Below are positions 27,201 through 41,499 of a stretch of DNA of 64,000 nt, piece after piece. The notes beneath the pieces were generated by a model. It saw nothing but the letters and a program-made list of their open reading frames with translations. It was not told the DNA's origin and did not search any database. Position numbers and translations under genes: made by a program. The stretch lies in the NCBI RefSeq assembly GCF_009914755.1, contig NC_060941.1. One strand, 5' to 3'. The stretch comes from the human T2T-CHM13v2.0 reference genome, Homo sapiens. Each line of letters begins with the position of its first letter. Within the stretch, counting starts at the first letter, position 1.

Positions 27201-28008
27201 AGAAATGAAACCATAAAATTGGCCAGGTGGCAGGACTGTGTGCTCCAGGTTGAGAAGCGTGAATCTCGCCCCCTGATGAACAGGTACTGGTTCCAGCCCA
27301 GCCCTCTCACGACACCCGGCAGCCACCTGCCTGTTGCAGAGGGACTCAGGATCTCTCCAGCTCCCCTGGACCCGCCCACCATGGGGGCTACCCTTTTGTT
27401 CCCCATTCATCCCCAAATCCTGGACATTCTCCCCCTTACACATCTCTCATGTTCCCTCTTCCCACCTCACGCCTCTGTCCAGGGCCTAGCACCATCACCA
27501 CTGCCCAGAACAACTCTGTAGGGGCCTCCCCACCCTGGGGGCCTCCTCACAGTAGGAGACCCTGTTTCCACCCTGCAGCCAAGGGGAACCTGTCACTTTC
27601 CTCCCATACTTCATTTGTTTCTTGGAACCTGAGTCCCTCACCAGGCCTGCCTGTTGCAAGGGACACTCGGGAGCCCTGGACCCTCTCCTGGGTCGGCCCA
27701 CCACAGCCGTGGCACATGCTGTTCCCTTGGGCGGGAAGGCTCCTCACCCACCCCACTGCCTCACCTCCTGACACCTGCTCACACCCAGATCTGACTTCAA
27801 AACTCACCTCACCAGCGAGAATGATTCTGCAGAGCCTGAGGACGCAGATCGATCATGGCAGCGATGAGAGGAAAACATCCCGCCCTGTCCCCATCCTGCA
27901 GTGGCTTGTCCCAAGGGGTGGCGTGCCCCTGAGGGCAGGGCATGAAAACCATGCTCATAGCTGAGTGAGTCCCCTGCCTGTGTCATAGAAGGACTAACTC
28001 AATATTGT

Positions 28009-28062
28009 TGGATGGATGGATGGACGGATGGACGGATAGATGGATGGACGGATAGATGGATA
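28009..28062. repeat. (GGAT/GGAC)n microsatellite
   Basis: Seen directly. Confidence 0.9.
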
Positions 28063-30186
28063 GGGGTGTCCAGGTGGAGGGAATGGCGAGAGTAGACGCA
28101 GGAATAAGCGGAGGTGATCTGAGACCTGAAGACATCGCAGGAGCCCAGATGGAGGGAAGGAGGCCGCGGTGGGACAGGCTCTGGGGAGAGAATAAGTCCT
28201 GGGCCCCAGGGTTAATGGGCCAAGACTTCCTTCTGAGGACAACAGGGGGTTGAGGGGGTGTCCTGACCCCATTTGCATTTGGCAGGGGGGGTGGTGTGAG
28301 GGTGAAGCGCAGGGGTGAGTGGGGAGTGGGCAGGAGGTGGGAGCCCTGAGGGGAGGGGCCCACTGGACTGAGCCAGGCCGGTTGCCAGGGAACCAGGCTT
28401 CCTCCGGCTGCACACACAGCTGGGTGCTGAGTAAGTGGTACCTAAAAATAAAGCCCCCCAGTGGGGGCTGGGACTGATGGGGAGCGGAGGTGGGGAGCAG
28501 GGAACTGCCTAGGAACATGAGCAGTGCTCAGGCTGAGACTTTCTGGCACCTCCCACCCATGGCCCGGATCCCAGGCCGAGCATCCTGGCTGGGGAGACAG
28601 GGAAGGAGGCCCAGAGAGAGAAGGAGCCAGCACAGCTGAGGGATGGAGAGGCTCTGTGGCCCAGACCCTGAAGGCCACCTGCCTGGGCTGTGGGGCCCGG
28701 TCAACTGGGCACCTGGGATAGCGAAGACACAGGTGAGGGTCAGCCTTGCCCAGCAACCCTGGCACCATCATCCACTCTACCTCCATATGCAGAGTGGGAA
28801 GTTGGGGAACCTGCCCAGGTCCAGGGGCGAGGGGGCTGGGGCTGGGGCTGGGGCAAGAGGAGTTCAGGGCTGGCAGCCCTGCCTCCACCATGTGCCCTGG
28901 GGGCCAAGGAAGTGGGACAAGAGGCCGTGTGATGAAAGGGTCAGGTTCACTCCTCGGAAGCCCTGTGGCTTCTGACAGCTCTGGCCTGGGGACTCCTGTG
29001 CTGGGGGGTGAGTCTCCTTGCACCCGCCTCCAGCCCTCCAAGGAGAGGGCCAGGCTTGCCTGGAAGGCTCAGGAATGCGGCCCGGGACCCCATCTTGGCG
29101 GTGTGAGCATGAAGATCCTGGATTGAGGGCGCTTTGTAAATATCCATTCAGGCCGTGGCTTTGCAGCCCTGAGCGAAAGTAACGGGAGGTCAAGGGAAAG
29201 CCGGCCCTCGGCCACTGTCTCTGAGCTTGACTGAGGACCCCTGGAGCTGGAGGAGGGCGGTGATCTGCCTGAGGTCACAGGTGGAAGAGGAGAGGGGCTG
29301 GAACAGGTGGAGGCCTCTCCCCGCAGAACCCTAATCCCCACACGGCCTCCGGGAGCCCCTGACTGGCCTTCGGGGCTCACAGAGAGACCCTGAGGGATAA
29401 TGTTGACCAAAGCTGAAGGGCTGAGGGCCTCTAGCACCCCGGGGAGAATCACCCCAAAGCCCACCAAGCATAGAAGTCCTCGACCTGCCCCAGTCAGGGG
29501 GCCTGGAGTCCTGGGGGCTGAGGGGTGACCCTGCCACCAGCAGCAGAACTGGGATGAAAACAGGAAGTGGCGGCATGGATGCCAGGAGGAGAGGGGGAGG
29601 GTGTCCCCTCTGTCCACCTCAGGAGTCCCAGTGGCAATGGCTGAGCCTACACTCCTGGTCACTGTGCCCTGCCTCCCCCAGATGAGGCTTACCCTTGCAG
29701 GGCCCACCCCTCACCCCCATACAGACACATAGGGTGCCCAGCATGTGTCCAGCTGCTGGTCAGCACAAGGCCATTCATTTAGGAATGACAGTGTCATCTG
29801 CCCAGCTAGACTGGGGTGGCCAAGGACAACATGCCCACACCTCTCCACCCTCATGCTGACGGACACGGGGCTGGATCCTCCAAGGGAAGAGGCAGCAGAG
29901 GGGCTGTCTTGGGTGTGCTGGGGCAGGGGTGGGAGCAGGTGACACAAGACACCAAGTCTCCTGGAGATGAAACCATGGCCATGGCCAGGTGAACCCCTGA
30001 CGCCTCCTAAGTACCTTACTGGGAGGCCTGGAGAGAGGTGCCCACCCCTCAGCTCTGAGATTTCAAGACAGAAAGGCTGGAGCCAGCCTTGCTCGGGAGC
30101 TATTTGACCTGATATTCGTGCCCCAGGCCTGCTCCTTCCCCACACAGACAGACAGAGGCTGGAGCAGATGTTGGGGTCAGGGTGCC

Positions 30187-30192
30187 TTTATT
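30187..30192 (-). terminator. PEMT: PEMT polyadenylation signal AATAAA
   Basis: TTTATT on +, about 207 nt past the stop; GU-rich CTGTCTGTCTGTGTG downstream on minus. Confidence 0.85.
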
Positions 30193-30398
30193 GGTGAATG
30201 GGAATGTGTGGGTTGGAGCTCAATGGCCATATGTCGGCACGTCCAGGGTCCCCAAGGCAGCAGGTTCCAAGGCACTGGGGCAGCCCACGCCGGGGGCGAG
30301 CCCTGAGCAGCAGGCACCATTCTCGCCCTGCGCAGGGCCTGCCACTTGGGGCAGGCCAGGAGGCTGGCCAGGCCTTCAGCAAAGCTGTTGCAGCTCAA

Positions 30399-30456
30399 TC
30401 AGCTCCTCTTGTGGGACCCGGAGGCTTTCTGCCGGTAGATCTCAGCGGTGAAGGGC
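30399..30456 (-). CDS. PEMT: Phosphatidylethanolamine N-methyltransferase, last coding exon
   Basis: Acceptor GGCAG|G; (E)PFTAEIYRQKASGSHKRS*; TGA at 30401-30399. Confidence 0.96.
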
Positions 30457-30834
30457 CTGCCGGGCAGCGGGGAGAGGCTTCGGTCAGCAGGTCCTGGGGG
30501 TGACCCACTGCCCGCACCAGAGCTCTGCGTCCATCAGCTTGAGGGTGTCCAGATGGGACCGGGATCCCCTTCATCCCCCAGAGCCACTGGGGCAACACTG
30601 ACTTGGAGCCTTCAGAGCGCAGGCGGGAGAGGGGAGGGGAGAGGGGCCGGCTGCCTGCTGGGTCCTGCAGGCCGCATTGTAAGCTACCATGGCCACTCTG
30701 ACCTGGGAGCCCTGGAGTGGGCCTGGCTGACGGCAGCCTGTCCTGAGCCTGCCCTGGCCACAAGGAAAGGTTCTAGAGGGAGAGACAGGGCCAGTCGGGC
30801 AGCCACGCCCCCACCCGCCGCAGCCCCTACTCAC

Positions 30835-30909
30835 TCTTCGTATAGGAGAGCCATTATGTAGGTGAGGGCCACCAGCACCGTCAGGAGCAGGCCCGTGGGG
30901 CTGGCGTGC
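30835..30909 (-). CDS. PEMT: PEMT penultimate coding exon (75 nt)
   Basis: TCCTTTCAG|G CAC GCC...: (M)HASPTGLLLTVLVALTYIMALLYE(E); donor GA|GTGAGT. Confidence 0.96.
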
Positions 30910-33565
30910 CTGAAAGGACAGAGGCAGGTCAGGCCTGGCTGGAGCCAGGGTCTCTCAGGGCCACGGCCCACCTGCCCAGGCTGGCCCTTCCTGCCGTGAC
31001 CCAGGCCCTCCGGCCGACGCTGGGCCACTTGGGCCGACCGAGCCCAGGCAGCACTGCCCCTTCCTGAGTCTGGCTTTTGTGCCAGGACCAGGGTCCCCAT
31101 GTTCTCGGTCCTGATCCATTTATCATCATTGTCTGCCTGTCTGGCCTGGCTGGGTTCCCTCAGGGTGGGGCCTGCTCACTCTTTCCGGGTCTCCAGCCGC
31201 CAGCCCAGAGCTGGGAACGCAGCCCCAGGCGGAAGAGTCCCAGTGGCTAGGGCTGTTCATTCCCGCACAGGAGGAGATTCTGGGGCAAAGTGCTCCCGTC
31301 TCCCAGAAACCATGCTCTGAGGAACAAAGGCTGTTTTCTAGAAATGGGTCCAGGGTCCCCCAAAGCCAGTTTGGTCCACCCTGAGTCCCCAGCCCCTGGC
31401 CACAGGTGCAACCCCATGGCCACGCCCTGGGAGGATCTGGCTGTGGGGAAGGGGGCTTAGGAGCTGCCGCCCCGCCCAGCCCTCAACACCTAGCCCAGCT
31501 TGGGCTCTCCCAGGTGGTGGGACAGCAGCCCCACGCCCAGGAGCCCCCGGTCACCCCAGCCCAGAGGACGGGAGGCCCCAGGCAGAGCATACAGCAGGCC
31601 CAAGGCCGGATGGAGCATCGCCAGGGGCTCTTTGCTGGTGACCAGCTCCTGACCCCGCCACACCAGTAAGCAGCGGCAGCTCGTCAGTGACGGCACCAAG
31701 GAGCCCGGGCGCAGCTGCTTTGGGTTTCCAGAAATAGCTGCCGTCAAGCTGTCCCCCAATCTATTTCTATAGTTACCTCTGATCCCACAGCTCCCGCAGG
31801 TGCTGGGCTGCTGCCAGGGAGGAGGGAGGGAGGGAGGAAGAGAGGAAGGAGAGGGAGGAAAGGAGCTGTCTGGCGGGCACAGAGGGCGCATGGGCAGGCC
31901 TGGGCCAGGGGCTGTGCCCTCCTTGGCTGCCCCTGTGCCAAGCTGCCCCCTCCCCAGCCAAACCATCACAAGAACCTCAGGCAGGGCTGGATCGAGGTGA
32001 GGGCTGGAGGACACCTGTGGACCCCGTGGGGACCCTCTGCCCTGCCCACTGCCTTCCACCCCTGGACCTCACACTGGTCTGCCTGTCTGGGAGCTGCAGG
32101 AGGCAGGGCAGACGTAAGCAAAGATCCAAGCCCAGGCTCCAACCCCAGGCCTGGCAACCAGCAGCGACCCCACTGTGGGCGCCGAGGGGGACAGGAGTCC
32201 CTGATTGCACAACACGAAGCAGGAGGCCCACCTGTCCCTCACAGCCAGGCCACCACCTCTGCCATCTGTCCCCTGGCATCGGGCTCACTGCCACACAGCC
32301 TGCTGGGGTCCTACATGCCGGGGAGCTCAGACACCTGGAAGGCCCATCTCCGGGGCCCTGGCAGGTGAGAGACAGATGGGCCGTGGGAGGCCTGTGGGGG
32401 TCCCCGCTGTGTCAGCGTCTGGCCAGATAATGGCTCATCTCTAATGAGCTCCTGGACCATTGATGCCATCTCTCAGCACGCTGCATGGCTGATGTCCTCT
32501 GGAGGTGGCTTATGCGTCCCCCAGAGCCCTGGCCTGGCTGCCCCGAGCCCAAGGGTGACTCTCACTCCAGGGCACAAGACACTGCTGGGGACACTAAGCC
32601 ACTGGGGAGGCACCGAAGGTTGGGGGGTTAGGGAGGGATTCGTGCAGGAGGGAACACTTGACGTTGGGTTTGGAAGGACTGACAAGGGGCATAAGTGGGA
32701 GGGTTCTAGGCGAGGGAACAGTGTGTGAGTGCATACATGCATGTGTTTGTGCACACAGAGGAGAGGGGGGAGCCAGGTGTGTTGGGAACCCTAAGCCTGC
32801 AGGGACGACCTGGGTGGGGGGGATTGTTTTGAGTTTGGGCTCATCCTGTGGCCCCAGTGGGGGTGCTCCATGGCCGGTGAGCCTGGGGGCACATAGTCTG
32901 GGCCTTAGCAGGCAGAGGGACCAGGCTAGAAGGCAGGTAGGACGTGTCCCTGGGGACTGCCTGGCCTGGACGTGGGGTGGGGGTAGGGTGGGTCCCAGCC
33001 AGACCCACAGCCCCCCTTCTAGCTTCTGCTGTCTCCAACCCCCGCTGCTACGGTCCCAACTGCTGAAGGTGGGAGCCAGGAGGCAACATCTTGCGCTTGA
33101 CATTCACTGTTTACGATTCACTCCTTTGGGATCCTCAGGTCTTGTGGAGAACCTGTAAATTCTAGGCCAGTGGTTTTCAAGTGTTAAACAAAAGCAGTGG
33201 AACACTGTCTGCCAAAAAACCTTCTATGGAAGAAAATGGCTAAACTAGAACTGCTGGGGTGGGGGCTGGGTATGAAGCCGAGGGCAGCGCCCGCTGTGCC
33301 ATCCTTGACCGCAGGTCCTCTGACCCCCCGGGGGAGCACATCTCCATACCTTGTCAGTACCCGTACCTGGCTGAGGCCGACAGCAGTTCTAGGCTTCCCT
33401 CATGGCACGGGGCCCCCTCTGTGGGAAGGGGTATCTGCCACATGGGCAGAGGCTATTGGGGCACAGGGAGTTCTGTCAGCTGCGGGTGAGCTGGGCCCTG
33501 GCGGCTCTGGCCAACCCCTCCTGCGGGGAAGATGGGTCGGGTGGTCCCAGCCCTGATGTCCCCGC

Positions 33566-33851
33566 ACAAGGGTCCGCAAACTACGGCCTAGGGGCCAAGA
33601 ACGCCTGTTACATTTTTAAACGGTTAAAAGCAAAAGGATCAAAAAGAATGTTTCATGACACGTGAAAAGAATCTGAAATTTAGGCTTCAGTGTCTGTAAG
33701 TGGAGCTGTGCTGGCGCCAAAGACGCGCATCCATTTTCCTGCGTCTGCAGCTGTTTTGTGTGGCAGGACCAGGGCTGAGCAGCTGTGACCTGCCTGCAGC
33801 CTTTGAGCCTCCACACTCCAGCCCTCTTTGGAGAAGCTGACCACCCTGTTC
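33566..33851. mobile_element. MER58-like hAT-Charlie DNA transposon remnant
   Basis: CAAGGGTCCGCAAACTACGGCC start, TTTCATGACACGTGAAAA core and GACCACCCTG end. Confidence 0.6.
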
Positions 33852-34042
33852 TGGGATGTTGTTTCTGTTACCATAGATAAGACGCTTCTGAGAAAGGGAG
33901 AACCAGGGCGCCTAGGCCCCCACAAATGACACGTTCTTCCTTTCTCTCTCTCCAGGGGCCCTGGCCCCCGCGTCCTGAGCTGCACCAGCTCCTCTCCGGG
34001 AGGTGGCCAGCAGGGCAGAGGGGTGGCAAGCCTGGTACTCAC

Positions 34043-34154
34043 ATGATGGCCCAGCCCAGGTAGTTGGCTGTGCTTCCCCAGTACATGGGGTTGTCCAGGA
34101 TGTTGAAGGGGAACACGGTCACTCTCGCCTCCTTGAGGATCCCGAAGTAATCAC
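34043..34154 (-). CDS. PEMT: PEMT coding exon (112 nt)
   Basis: CCACAG|GT; (G)[36 protein letters not shown](M); donor AT|GTGAGT. Confidence 0.96.
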
Positions 34155-37117
34155 CTGTGGATGAGGCAAGGCAGGGTCCCTCGGCTATTCATCAGCCCTG
34201 GCCACACCATCACTGAGGGAGGCCCCAGAGCGGGCTGTGGCGAGACCTGCAGGTGAGACAGGGCCCTGCCCTCCAGGAGACTTCAGAGAGTTCAACAATG
34301 GGCAGAGTCAGAGGGACCCAACAGGCACGCAGACAGCAGAGGGCGTGGGGCCTAAGGACTAAGGTGCTGAGCACCGCCCCTGCCCCACTGCTCCTCTTCT
34401 CGAGCACTCTGACCCAGCCATGCTGGCCTTCCTCTTCTTCCTGGCTCTGCACACGCTGTTCCCTCCCCTGCGATGCCTTTCCCTGCTCTCTGTACAGAGA
34501 GCGCCTTTCCTCCTCAGGCCCTTCGCCCTCTGCTCATGGCGCCTCTTTATGCAGACCCTTCCTCTTCCTGTCCTACCTCCCACTCTTCCTCGCTCTGGTG
34601 AGTTCCTCTCCCTCTAGGGGCCTCAGCTGGTTGCTAAGGGCTGCTCTGCTCCACACCCCAGGCTGTGTGGCTCTGGCACCAGGGCCTGGCCACAGCACGC
34701 CTCCCGTTGCTCTGGGAGGTCAGCTCTGGTATTGTTTTCTCACTCAGCTGCCCAGAGGAGCTAGACCCAGTGGAGAGAGGGTGACTATTGAACAGCCTGT
34801 TCCAGACAGGCCAGCCATGCACCCGTCAGCCGCACAGCCACAAGGCGTCCCCCGGCAGAGCTGCTCTGAGCCATAAGGGAGTGGCCGGGGTCACAGTCAC
34901 AGTGTCTGTCCCAGGCCCACAGAGGACAGTCCCACTGGACACAGAGTAACCGCTCCATAAAGGGTGTGGCTTCGTTCCTCCCAGCCTTCTGTCCCCAGAA
35001 ACCCCTCATTTGTCTCTCCTCCCAGAGGACAATGGAGCTTCATCCAAGGCGGAAAGTAGGGCAGCTGCCCGACAATGGGCAGCATGGGCAGGAGGGGTCC
35101 AGGAGCTTCATCACCATCTGGGGACACGGGGCAGGGCCCAGGACCACTGGAAAGTTCTTTCTTCCCAGGAAGCAGGAAGTGGGGCACAGGGTGTGCGTAG
35201 ATGGCACAGAAACCCAATTCGAGCTGAGTCACAGCAGGAAGTGACCACCTTTGCCTACATACCGCGCTGCTGGTCCTCGGTGTTTCTAGGCCATGTCTGC
35301 TGGCAGGGCCGCCAGGAGGCTGTGGCCACTGGTGTTTGCAGGCTCCTTCCCTCCCTCTGACTGTCCAGGACCCCCAGCTTGTTCTTCCACTGCTGAGGGG
35401 CTCCACCCACCATCCTGGCTCTCCTTACGCTGCCTCTGCAGCCCTCCCTGTCCAGATCCACCCGAGCACTGGCCACTGGAGGGCCCCCGCCGCTGGTCTC
35501 CCACAGGACCTGATTGCACAGCCCGGAGTCCCCCTTCCCATGGGGCCCTCACCGCCCTCACATCCTGGAAGGGCCCCTCCACAGCTCCTCCTGAGCCCCA
35601 CCTCTGATCCTGGCTCCATCGGTCCAACCTCTTCCTTGCTGGGACCCCCCCTATGGCTCCCACCTCTCTGGGGATGGAGCCTCAGCCCCTTGGATGGCCT
35701 TCAAGGCCTCGGCTCATCCTCCTGCCCTGTCCCAACCGACAGCACCTGTGCGGCCAGTCCAGCTGCCCCCCACCTCCAGCTGCCAGCTACTCTGCCCTCA
35801 ACCTCCCTCTCCTTGCACCAAGGCTTTTTTCTCTTTCCTACCTGCCCGCACCTGCCCCCACCTGGCAGATCCAGACGCTCCTGGCTGCCGTCCCCCTTCC
35901 TGGACCAAACTCCCTACAGCGTCTGCCTGAGCAGGAAGCACTGAACTGCCTGTGGGTGCCCCCCACAGTCCCAGAGAGGCCTGGCCATGGGCGATCCAGA
36001 ATGCTGCACCCACAGATGCCACTTCCTCCCTCGGGGGGACCCCTACTGGCAGGCACAAGCTCCTTGAGAACTTGGAGTGCCCTGTGACAGCCCACGGTGC
36101 CCTGGGGGCTGGGCCCAAGGAGCTGTAGCCGGCATCTGAGGATGGGGATGGCAGGCAGGCCCGGGAGCTCCTCAGGACACCGTTGGTCCCAGGAGGCTAC
36201 TGAGGCCACTGAAGCCGAGTGACTTCCAAGCTCCTGCACTGGCCAGGGCTGATGGGGAGGAAGACGTGGGCCTTCCCACCCATGACGGAGAGCGGGCAAT
36301 GCGGCCAGCTGGACCAACTCCCTGCTCACTGGGAGGGGCTCCCCTTGGACAGGGACTGCCTCCTTCTCTCCTTCCAGGTTCCGAAGGCCCCCTCTTGTCC
36401 CCCACCCCTGCCCCCATCTCCCCTCCCACCCCGACCCCTACTGCCTTTCCCATGGCTGCTTTTCTTTCCCAGATTCCAAGGAGCTGGAAGTTGCTGCCAT
36501 CATCAGGGTCACTGGTGGGCGTCTAGCCAGGCCAGCACTGGGCTCACAGCCTGAAAGCACCTCAGCCACAGGCAGAGGGAAATGGAGAAGGGATAAGGTG
36601 CCTCCACCCCTCACCCCTCCCCAGACCTACACCAGCCCTGCCTGCGGCCAAACACGGCACAAACCACAATCCTGCCTGGCCTGAGAGCCACGCGTGCCGG
36701 GAGCTGCCAGAGAGGTGGCTGACTCACCACCACCTCAGGCTTCTGTGCAACAAGGCCTGAGAGTCTTCTGCAAGGGGGAGCTGGTGCTGGAGCTGGACTC
36801 AAGGAGTCCTGCACCCAGCCCGGGCCGCAGAACGGGCATTGAGTGCATCTTCATTAGCTGGAGAGAAGCAGCAGGAGCTGCCTTCACTCCCCAGGAGGCA
36901 GCCGCTCAGCACGCTGGGGTAAGAGGAGCTGTTGGAGCCCAGCCTCCTGTTCTAACCACAGACAAGCCAGGCCTGGAGGAGCAAAGACGCCCCGATGGAG
37001 GGGGCCCCTAGCACTCCCACCGATGTCACGGATAGCAGGGCAGCAGCCACCTGGCCCTGCACCTCCCTGGGGCTCCAGCGGTCCTGCTCAGGGTCACCCC
37101 AGCCCTCAGGGTCTTAC

Positions 37118-37263
37118 CTAGGAAAGTTCCAGCGAACCCCAGTGCAAAGAAGCTGGAGAGCACGAGCACGACGCCCAGTCCCAGGAGCGCGAGGCCCAGG
37201 CTGTAGGCCGCGGGGGTGTCCAGGCTCTCCATCCTGGGCTGGCTCAGCATGGCCTGCGTGAAG
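37118..37263 (-). CDS. PEMT: PEMT coding exon (146 nt)
   Basis: CCCACAG|C; (C)[48 protein letters not shown](G); donor G|GTAAGA. Confidence 0.96.
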
Positions 37264-37874
37264 CTGTGGGCAGGGGATGGAGAGGGAGGACGTCATGGCC
37301 AGGGAGGATGTCACAGCCCGGGAGGAGGCCGACCTCATCTTCTCGCCCTCTCCCCAGGGACCCTTAGAGAGTAGCCAGCCCAGGGCTGCCAGGCCAGGCA
37401 GGCAGCAGGTGGGGTCCAGTCCACCTGGGAGGTGGGTGACAGTAACAGGGAGGGGCCCAGGCCTGTCAGATTTTTAAATTTTTTCAAGAGAAGCCAGAAA
37501 TCCTGACTCGTATGTGAAATATCCTAATTTTTAGAAATAGACAATTCATGAAAGCCACTTTAGACCCTGCATGTGAGCAGGCTGGATTCAGCCCGAAGGC
37601 CACCAGCTTGCAAACTCTCATCCTGTCCAATGAGCAACTCATACTATGGAGGAAAGTGAGGCTCAGGAAAGACGCAGGTGCCAGGTTGCAGGGCAGGCCC
37701 AGGTGTCCCATTCCCCAACAGACTCAGTGCCCCGAGGCCTGGGGCATGCTCTGTGCTAGGGATTGCGCTTCCACAGCCCCTGTGGGTCTGGCCACATCCT
37801 GGGTGGCTTGACTTGCATTTAAAGGCACTTTGGGGGCCCTTAATGTCCTCCTCCACACCTGAATTCCCCCACTA

Positions 37875-38214
<340 letters not shown>

Positions 38215-38579
38215 AGGCAGTGGCGTGACCAAAAGGGGGTGACTATGACAGCAGTGGGTCTAGAGGCTCAGGTTCTCCAGTTGGCTCCGGAGAACTGAGG
38301 GGCTGGTGCAGGGAGGGCACAGGGGCTAGGCATGTGCTGATGTACCCAGGCCTCATCACAGGGGAGCGGGCGCTGGTGGGAAGGGGGCCCTGGGTGCTAG
38401 ATGAGAGGCACACTCACAGGAAAGGCTGTGTGTGGGAGCACGGACATGTGTGACCAAATGTGCACTTCCCATGCTCACAATAATCACAACACAGAAGAGA
38501 CATGGAGATCTGCTACCTCACGCAGGGCAGCGCCTTTCACACCCAGTCTGTAGACGGCATCTCCCAGCAGGGCCAGCTT

Positions 38580-38720
38580 ACCATCCACCCCACCACCCAT
38601 CCTTCCTCCATCCATCTATCCTCTATGCACCCACACATCCATCCATCTGTCCAGCTATCCATCCTTCCATCCATCAATGTATCCTCTATCTGCCCACACA
38701 ACCATCCATCCATCCACCAT
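38580..38720. repeat. Degenerate (CCAT)n simple repeat
   Basis: Seen directly. Confidence 0.85.
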
Positions 38721-41499
38721 GAAGTATCTTTGTTTGCTAGGCTCTTTCAAGCAGATTGAAGCCCCCATCTTCATCCACTCGTTCCATTCATTGGTGAATT
38801 CAGATTGTTGTGAAACTCCTTATGCTGAGCTAAGGACATACAGACATGTCTTTATGCCTCCCTGGAACTCCTTCCTCCAGCTTGACTGGGAGCTCTTGGG
38901 GAACAGAAGTTGCTCCTCCTTCCCTGCGTATCCCCCCAGCACTTGGCCCAGGCCACAGAATGGATGTTTAGTGCATATTCATCGACTGGAGAGAAGCAGT
39001 AGCCGCTCCTTCCTTCTCCTCCCATCCCCAAGAGCAGAGAAGGAGCCAGGGAGAAAGGGAGAAGGGCCTGTGGACAAAGCCACCAGGACCCGGTGGCAGA
39101 GGCGGGCACACCGACCTGTTAAACAGCGGCATTCGGGTGTCAGGGCAAACCCACTGCCGGTCATGCTGCCCATACCCCCAGCTCTCCACCCACCAGTGCC
39201 CTGCCCTGATCCTGCTGCTGCCCGGGCTCAGGGTCACCCCGCAGCTCCAGGCCGAGCCTCTGGGATTGGCTCAGGGTCACGGGCTGCCATGGAATCAGGT
39301 GGCCACATGCACACCCAGTGTGGTGCCACGATCCAGGCACACCTTCTCCCCTGCCTGGCACCCTCCACTCTCCTGCCTGCAGATGGTGGAGTGGGAGGGA
39401 AAGGAAGGGTGCCGGCCCTGCTCAGGAGCATGGCTCCCCTGCAAGCATCTGGCTCCTTGGCTGCCACTGCAGTGGGGACCAGAAAACAGACAGGGGTTGG
39501 GAGGGGCGAACAGGGGAGAGCATTCCAGAAAGAGGAAATAGCAGGGAGGTGTGCCTTAGAGTCTGGGGCAGGGCATGGAGCAGGGAAGGTGCAGGCCTCG
39601 GCCCGGCAGGGTTTGGAATGCACTCTGCCTGCTGTGGAAAATGCAGAACCAGGGAGACCCATCCAGGTGCTGCAATAGGGGGTGGGCGCAGAGGCCAGGC
39701 CCGAGACGCTGGAGGGTCACTCTGGACGGAGACTCTGTCGCTCTTACCCCCTCCTGCGGAGACCCGAGCCAGGCCTGGGTCCATACCCCATGCTCAGGGT
39801 TCCTCTGCCAGAATTCATCTGCATCACACAAGCAGGCAGCAGATGAAAGGGAACTTCCTCCCTCTGGTGTGGCCCAAAAGCCCAGCTCGTTCAGGGCCCA
39901 GCTTCCCTGGGGGCATGGCTCAGTAGGCAAATCAGATCTGCTTGGAAGCAGATTCCTGATGAAGGGCAGATCCGGGGCCAGGGAGCGGGTGGGAGAGGCC
40001 CCAGATTTGCCCCAGACCTGACCCTCAGTCCCCCAGCTGCTCCTCCGCCTACGGCCCCAGTCCTGGGGCCTTTCCTTTCCTTTCTCTGAGATGACAGCCT
40101 GGGCTGGCTCCTGGCACAATGCTCTGTGGGTCATTTGCTCAGAGTCGGCAGAGGAACTGGGCTGAGCTCCTCCCTGGCGTTCTCACCAAGTGGCCCCTTA
40201 CCCAGTCAAATACACTCTGATTCTAGATTCCAGGTTTACTGGAATCTCATGGCCCGAATTAGGCAATCGACAGTGTTCTAGCTCCTCCATTAAGCCAGGA
40301 AAGCACAGTCCGTCCATTCCACAGGGAAAATTAGTGGATGGATGAGTAGCTCTGTGACCACAAGCTCCCTAACAGAATGAGGTAATATAGGACGCAATTT
40401 CCCTTGGAAGTATTCCGCACTAGGGGTGGGGAACGGAGACTCATTCATTTGCCTTGGGTTCTATTTTTAAGACCTGGATTGAACCTTCAGTCATTAATGT
40501 GATTTGAGGCTGTCTGCACTCTGCTCCCATAAAATCCCGGAAACCCTGGGGTGGAGGTGGGGAGGGGGCATCACTGCCCTCAGTGTCCCCGCCCTGTCCC
40601 CAGCCAGCAGTCCTGGGCCACACACCAGGCCACAGGCACACGGCCCCACCTGGGACAGGCCTGTCCCGTTTCTATCTGCAGCCGACCAGAAACACTTCCC
40701 TGACTTTGATCATCCTGGGGTGTCTCCGCAACGTCGTCCACATCCATGTGTGGCCTGAGTGCCATGTACTCCACATCCTTCACCCCAGGCTTGGAGTGAC
40801 TCGCTCTTTCCACTCCATCTCAGCTACACGACGCTAGCCATGAAATGAGTCGTCTGATGGGCTCATTTCTTTTCCAAGACATATTAAAATAAGCATGTAA
40901 CTACTAAAACAAAAAATGTTCATCTATGCAACCCCCGAGACCATCAAAGGGCTTGAATTTCGGGCTTTGACGCTGCACTAATTCTGAGCATTTGAATAAC
41001 ACGTCACCTTTCCAAAGTGTTTCCAGAACCCATCAATAGCTGAGAGAGAGTCTGTCTTGTTTTACAAACAGGGAAGCAGATGGTAGAAAGCAGGAGGGGC
41101 AGGATGGCTCTCCTGCCTCCTCACGACCTGTAAACAGTGGGATAGGCTCAAGCCTCACGGGCAGGCCAAGGACAACAGGCAGCAGTATCCCAGCACCCCT
41201 AGCACCTGGGAATCCCAGGCTGACACCCACTCTCCTTCCAGACTTCCTGGCCGTGTGTGCTTTGGGGATGGGGAGGGTGCCTCTTCCCTCCTTCCCAGCC
41301 ACAGCCCCTCAGGTGCCAGACCAGCCTGGTCTACCAGGGCCTGGACCCACTCTTGCCGAACTGCAGCCCCTCTCCCTCCTTCCTTCCCAGCAGCTGGGGG
41401 CCCTTGTGCCCAGGAAAGCCTATGCCAGCTTCCCTGTCCTAAGTGTCCCCCCACCCCTTACTCTCCAGCTGCCCTCATGGACCCCGCCCAGTGGCTACC

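Noticed and set aside
30395-30763. 122-aa minus ORF overlapping the last PEMT exon
   Set aside because: Mostly intronic and out of frame with PEMT, with no ATG start support.
38677-39678. Longest ORF in the track (333 aa, +), antisense in a PEMT intron
   Set aside because: Starts inside a (CCAT)n repeat, has no recognisable domain, and its composition is typical of GC-rich non-coding DNA.
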